Shown here piece after piece: positions 59,445-64,000 of a stretch of DNA of 64,000 bases. The stretch spans positions 7,509-71,508 of the forward strand of contig JAZOUW010000030.1 in the NCBI GenBank assembly GCA_045658385.1, written 5' to 3'. The stretch comes from Faecousia sp. (GTDB lineage Bacteria > Bacillota > Clostridia > Oscillospirales > Oscillospiraceae). Position 1 is the stretch's first letter. Every line of letters starts with the position of its first letter. Position numbers and translations under genes: made by a program. A model generated the notes under the pieces. The model was not told the DNA's origin. It ran no database searches and was given only the letters and a program-made list of their open reading frames with translations.

Positions 59445-61409
59445 ATGGCAGATAAATTTGTTTTACATTCGGATTATAAACCTACAGGGGATCAGCCTGC
59501 TGCGATTGCCCAGCTAACTGCAGGCCTGGAAAACGGTCTGAAAGAGCAGGTTTTGCTGGGTGTCACGGGTTCGGGAAAGACCTTCACAATGGCGAATATT
59601 ATTGCCAATGTGAATAAACCAACCCTCGTTCTCGCTCACAATAAAACACTCGCCGCACAACTTTGCAGTGAGTTCCGTGAATTCTTCCCCGAAAATGCGG
59701 TAGAGTACTTTATCTCCTATTATGACTATTATCAGCCGGAGGCGTATATTGCCCATACAGATACGTACATTGAAAAAGATTCTTCTGTCAATGAGGAAAT
59801 TGACCGGCTGCGCCACAGCGCTACTTCCGCGCTTTTTGAACGGCGCGATGTGATTGTAGTGTCTTCCGTCAGCTGTCTATATGGCTTGGGCGACCCTATT
59901 GACTATCGCAGTATGGTAATTTCCTTACGTGTGGGTCAGGAAAGACCCTTGGATGAAATATTGCGCAAATTGACGGAAATCCGTTATGAGCGTAATGATA
60001 TTGATTTTTCCCGCAATAAGTTCCGCGTCCGGGGAGATACTCTTGAGGTGTATCCGGCTTACTGGAACGGCAGAGCAATCCGGGTAGAGTTTTTTGGTGA
60101 TGAAATTGACCGGATTTCTGAAATCAATGCTGTCACGGGAATAGTTGAGAGGTATGTTGATCACGTTGCGATTTATCCTGCCAGTCACTATGTGGCATCC
60201 CGGGAGAAGCTGGAGCGGGCCATGCAGGAAATTCGCAGGGAGTGCGACGAACAAGTCGCCTTGTTTAACAGTCAGAATAAGCTGATTGAGGCGCAACGTA
60301 TCGCCCAGCGTACCAATTATGATATTGAAATGCTTACAGAAATCGGTTTTTGTAATGGCATTGAAAATTATTCCCGGGTTATTCAAGGTCGGGAACCCGG
60401 TACGCCGCCTACAACGCTTTTGGACTATTTCCCGGATGATTTTGTTTTGTTCGTGGACGAAAGTCACGTAACACTACCCCAATGTCGGGCAATGTATGCA
60501 GGAGACAAAAGCCGGAAAGACGCATTGGTAAATTATGGATTTCGCCTGCCCTCTGCTTACGATAATCGCCCGCTGAATTTTCAAGAGTTTGATTCTAAAA
60601 TCAATCAAGCCATCTATGTGTCAGCTACACCTGCTGAGTATGAATTGACCCGCAGCGGACAAACGGTTGAGCAGGTAATTCGCCCCACCGGATTGTTAGA
60701 TCCTATTGTGCAGGTGCGGCCTATTGACGGGCAGATCGATGACCTTATCGGCGAGATCAACACAAGAAGCGCCCGTAATGAGCGTGTTCTTGTTACCACC
60801 TTAACCAAGAAGATGGCAGAGGATTTAACTGCATATCTGCAGAAGACCGGTATCCGGGTGCGGTATATGCATTCGGATATTGGCGCGATGGAGCGCTTTG
60901 AAATTATCCGGGATTTGCGCATGGCAAAATTCGATGTTTTGGTGGGTATCAATCTTCTTCGGGAAGGACTTGATTTGCCGGAAGTGAGCCTTGTGGCGAT
61001 TTTGGATGCGGATAAAGAAGGTTTCCTCCGGTCGGAAACAAGCTTGATTCAAACCATTGGCCGCGCTGCGCGAAATGCAGAGGGCTTGGTTGTTATGTAT
61101 GCTGACAGCATTACACCCTCCATGCGTGTTGCTATCGACGAAACAAAACGTCGCCGTCAAATTCAAAAGGAATACAATGAGCAAAATGGCATTGTGCCCA
61201 GGACAATTATTAAATCCGTCCGGGATCTGATTGAAATTTCTTCACCAACCGCCGAGCGTAAAGACCGTAATGGTATTAAGATGACCGGGGTGGAAAAGGA
61301 AAAAGAAATTGCCCGTCTGGAAAAGAAAATGAAGGAAGCGGCAAAAATGATGGAGTACGAATATGCTGCCGTTTTGCGTGATCAGATCGTGGAATTGAAA
61401 GGAAATTGA
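59445..61409 (+). CDS. uvrB: Excinuclease ABC subunit B
   Basis: [53 protein letters not shown] tail. Confidence 0.98.
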   Translation: MADKFVLHSDYKPTGDQPAAIAQLTAGLENGLKEQVLLGVTGSGKTFTMANIIANVNKPTLVLAHNKTLAAQLCSEFREFFPENAVEYFISYYDYYQPEAYIAHTDTYIEKDSSVNEEIDRLRHSATSALFERRDVIVVSSVSCLYGLGDPIDYRSMVISLRVGQERPLDEILRKLTEIRYERNDIDFSRNKFRVRGDTLEVYPAYWNGRAIRVEFFGDEIDRISEINAVTGIVERYVDHVAIYPASHYVASREKLERAMQEIRRECDEQVALFNSQNKLIEAQRIAQRTNYDIEMLTEIGFCNGIENYSRVIQGREPGTPPTTLLDYFPDDFVLFVDESHVTLPQCRAMYAGDKSRKDALVNYGFRLPSAYDNRPLNFQEFDSKINQAIYVSATPAEYELTRSGQTVEQVIRPTGLLDPIVQVRPIDGQIDDLIGEINTRSARNERVLVTTLTKKMAEDLTAYLQKTGIRVRYMHSDIGAMERFEIIRDLRMAKFDVLVGINLLREGLDLPEVSLVAILDADKEGFLRSETSLIQTIGRAARNAEGLVVMYADSITPSMRVAIDETKRRRQIQKEYNEQNGIVPRTIIKSVRDLIEISSPTAERKDRNGIKMTGVEKEKEIARLEKKMKEAAKMMEYEYAAVLRDQIVELKGN

Positions 61410-61410
61410 A

Positions 61411-61887
61411 ATGGAAAAGATTACCAGCTTCACCATTGACCATATCCGGCTGCAACCGGGACTGTACGTTTCCAGAAAGGATAAGGTAGGCGCTGAAACC
61501 GTTACGACTTTTGATCTGCGACTTACCAGCCCTAACGAGGAACCGGTTATGAACACGGCCGAGGTTCACACCATCGAGCATCTGGCAGCGACTTATTTGC
61601 GCAATGAACCAATGTGGGGCAACAAAGTGCTGTATTTTGGGCCTATGGGTTGCAGAACCGGGTTTTATTTGCTGCTGGCAGGGGAGTATACATCAAAAGA
61701 TGTTCTGCCTTTGCTCAAGGATTGCTTCCGGTTTATTGCAGAGTATACCGGAGAAGTTCCCGGTGCCAGCGCGAAGGATTGCGGTAACTATTTGGATATG
61801 AATTTGCCTATGGCAAACTATTGGGGGCGTCGTTATAGCGCGTTGCTGGAAAATGCCGACGATAGCCGTCTGGAATATCCTCAATAA
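61411..61887 (+). CDS. luxS: S-ribosylhomocysteine lyase
   Basis: SFTIDH, HTIEH, GPMGCRTGFY, CGNY. Confidence 0.96.
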   Translation: MEKITSFTIDHIRLQPGLYVSRKDKVGAETVTTFDLRLTSPNEEPVMNTAEVHTIEHLAATYLRNEPMWGNKVLYFGPMGCRTGFYLLLAGEYTSKDVLPLLKDCFRFIAEYTGEVPGASAKDCGNYLDMNLPMANYWGRRYSALLENADDSRLEYPQ

Positions 61888-61898
61888 AGGAGAAAATT

Positions 61899-62612
61899 AT
61901 GAAAAAGCTTGGAATTATCGGCGCAATGTCCGTTGAGGTTGAGCAGTTAAAGGATAAAATGACCGGTTTGACCTCTACGGAGCGGGCTGGGATGACCTTC
62001 TATGAAGGCACGCTTGAACAACTGCCGGTAGTGGTTGTAGTATGCGGAGTAGGAAAGGTGAATGCAGCTATGTGCGTGCAGGTGCTGTGTGATTGTTTTG
62101 CTGTTACGCACCTTGTGAATACGGGCGTTGCCGGCTCGTTGTGCGCAGATCTGGATATTGGTGACTTTGTGATTGGTCAGGATGCAATGTACCATGATTT
62201 TGACTGTCATAGTCTGAATCCGGATTACCCGGTGGGGCAGGTCCCCGGACTTCCTGTTCATGTATTTCCAGCAGATGAGCAATTGGTTAAATTTGCTTTT
62301 GAAGCCGCCCGGACAATACATGCCGGACATGCGAAAATTGGCCGTGTAGCCAGTGGTGATCAATTCGTTTCCCAAAAGCAGACAAAGGAGAGCATCGTTG
62401 AAAATACGCATGCGCTGTGTACTGAAATGGAAGGCGCGGCTATTGCGCATACTTCGTGGCGAAATGGCATTCCCTTTGTGATTATTCGGGCAATCTCTGA
62501 TAAGGCAGACGATTCGGCGCAAATCGATTATCCCACTTTTGAAGCCATCGCAGCCAAACGCAGCGCTGCAGTAACTTGCGAAATGGCAAAGCGGATATTT
62601 AAAAACAGCTAA
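61899..62612 (+). CDS. mtnN: 5'-methylthioadenosine/S-adenosylhomocysteine nucleosidase
   Basis: GIIGAM..E, GVGKVNAA, NTGVAG, SGDQFV, EMEGAA, RAISD.AD. Confidence 0.95.
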   Translation: MKKLGIIGAMSVEVEQLKDKMTGLTSTERAGMTFYEGTLEQLPVVVVVCGVGKVNAAMCVQVLCDCFAVTHLVNTGVAGSLCADLDIGDFVIGQDAMYHDFDCHSLNPDYPVGQVPGLPVHVFPADEQLVKFAFEAARTIHAGHAKIGRVASGDQFVSQKQTKESIVENTHALCTEMEGAAIAHTSWRNGIPFVIIRAISDKADDSAQIDYPTFEAIAAKRSAAVTCEMAKRIFKNS

Positions 62613-62613
62613 T

Positions 62614-62646
62614 ACAATACCCTCCGGCTTTGCCGGAGGGTATTGT
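62614..62646. terminator. Bidirectional terminator
   Basis: ACAATACCCTCCGGC-ttt-GCCGGAGGGTATTGT perfect 15-bp stem. Confidence 0.85.
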
Positions 62647-62647
62647 G

Positions 62648-64000
62648 CTATTCATTTGTGTTTTTATAAATTGCTTCCTGCGATGTTGTACTTAACAGAT
62701 CATAGGTTTGATGGGCTTGGGATGTCATGGAATAGGCAATGCCATCTTTTTTGTATGTGCCGGAGTAAGAAATGCCGGCAGCGATTGGAAGGTTTGTATC
62801 CTTCTCCAGGTCCAGATAACAGGATAGCTCTTTTGTTTTGTATTTCTGGGATATTTCGTCTGCTTGCTGATACAATCTGTTGCAAATGTCAGAACGAATC
62901 AACGTGGCAAAGGCTTCTGTGGCAGCAAATTGAATGCGATAGCTGTTGTCACCTTGGACGATTTTGGCTGATTTTATGTATTCCGGAAGCAAAATTGTGC
63001 CAACAAGCTGATCTCTGCATAAGGTTTTCATTGTTGCTTCATCCAATTCGTTTTCAGCAGGCGTGCCGTTAAGTGCAACAGAATATTTGCCGTCTATAAA
63101 GGTTTCTGTTTGCGATATCCTGGAAACTGCCGATCCAAGGCTTGTGTTTGACAAAACGATATCTGTATCTATACGGGCTGCCCACGTGTCGCCCTTGTGG
63201 ATGTTCAGCGCGATTTTTTCTGTCCGGCTATCACCGTAGGCTTGATAGCTAATCTCACCTGTGTAGTTCGCTGTCGCGGTATCTGCAGCCATAAGGTAAC
63301 CGCATGCAACCTCCAGCGCCCGAGGCGCATCTAAATATTCGATTTTCGTGTAGGAATCTGTGTTTTTTGGGATTTTAACGCGTGTGTTGGAGGGCTCGTG
63401 TATTTGCACAATGAAATGAATGTGTATTTGTACGCCGTTTTCAGTGTAGGAAGCATTGTAGTCGCTGCGAAGCAACCGTCCGTCATTATTGAGGTAAGCT
63501 GCAGCATCTGCGGTTTGAAAGGACTCATATTCCTCTGTAAGCCATGATTCCGGTGCTTTTGCATTCTTAAAGGTGATCACAGTAGTGCCTTCGGCTTTTG
63601 TGGCTGAAATATCTTCATATAGTGAGGCAGTAATAGGAACGCTTGGAATATAACGCGCCAGGTATTCTTCCTGTGTAATACTGCCCTGAAAAGAAGCGCC
63701 TTGAACAGTAAAATAGCCGGTGTTTTTTGCATATACTTCCTGAATGGAAATTGCGTGCGTGCCGATGACGAGCCGCTGGCTAACGGAGCCACGCATTTCA
63801 TCCGTAAACAAATCCGTATAAACAATTTCTTGCTTTGATTCTTCGCTGAAAACATCTCCTGCTATGGTGGTTGTTTTTGTCTGTAAAACGGTCATTGAAA
63901 CATCAGTCTGATTTTCCAGTGCCTGGATTGCGCGGTTATAAAGATCGCTTGCTTTCGTAATGGATACTGACCGGGGCGTGTGGGATACTTCACTACCGGA
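62648..64000 (-). CDS. Hypothetical protein, probably exported/lipoprotein; 5' end beyond window
   Basis: Frame stays open from the track start (63895) to the window edge (SGSEVSHTPRSVSITKASDLYNRAIQALENQTDVSM...); beta-rich, apparently two related halves. Confidence 0.75.
   Translation of the reverse strand, partial: SGSEVSHTPRSVSITKASDLYNRAIQALENQTDVSMTVLQTKTTTIAGDVFSEESKQEIVYTDLFTDEMRGSVSQRLVIGTHAISIQEVYAKNTGYFTVQGASFQGSITQEEYLARYIPSVPITASLYEDISATKAEGTTVITFKNAKAPESWLTEEYESFQTADAAAYLNNDGRLLRSDYNASYTENGVQIHIHFIVQIHEPSNTRVKIPKNTDSYTKIEYLDAPRALEVACGYLMAADTATANYTGEISYQAYGDSRTEKIALNIHKGDTWAARIDTDIVLSNTSLGSAVSRISQTETFIDGKYSVALNGTPAENELDEATMKTLCRDQLVGTILLPEYIKSAKIVQGDNSYRIQFAATEAFATLIRSDICNRLYQQADEISQKYKTKELSCYLDLEKDTNLPIAAGISYSGTYKKDGIAYSMTSQAHQTYDLLSTTSQEAIYKNTNE

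Overview
A gene-dense 64-kb stretch of core chromosome from a spore-forming Clostridia member. The gene content (polC, spoIIGA-sigE, SipL-like coat protein, GlnRS) and protein style suggest Oscillospiraceae, which is an inference. I found no prophage, IS, integrase or CRISPR array. Left part: a WYL regulator divergent from nfo / FHA-SEDS fusion / class B PBP / SGNH hydrolase; livKHMGF; a spore-coat morphogen; two COG0523-type GTPases (one with a His/Cys tandem repeat), rarA and DUF951; spoIIGA-sigE with no sigG; a divergent Rex plus an Fe-S aldo-keto reductase; an insulated two-gene cassette (O-antigen-ligase-family membrane protein plus a 1229-aa variable LRR surface protein); glnS. Middle: pyrH-frr-uppS-cdsA-dxr-rseP-ispG-polC-udp; EamA; pepF; tRNA-Gly(GCC); a polar amino acid ABC transporter. 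Right part: murC-ddl-DUF1934; prs-pth-mfd-VanW-like; uvrA; an orphan degenerate histidine kinase; radC-uvrB-luxS-mtnN; a partial exported-type protein. Best candidates for undescribed systems: (1) the OTase-like gene coupled to a hypervariable LRR adhesin; (2) a soluble pseudo-histidine-kinase whose promoter has abrB-style tandem Spo0A boxes; (3) a Rex paralogue with a non-canonical triple-ATCGAT operator; (4) a WYL/nfo/FHA-RodA/PbpA cluster. All functional links are hypotheses from sequence inspection only; no database searches were run.
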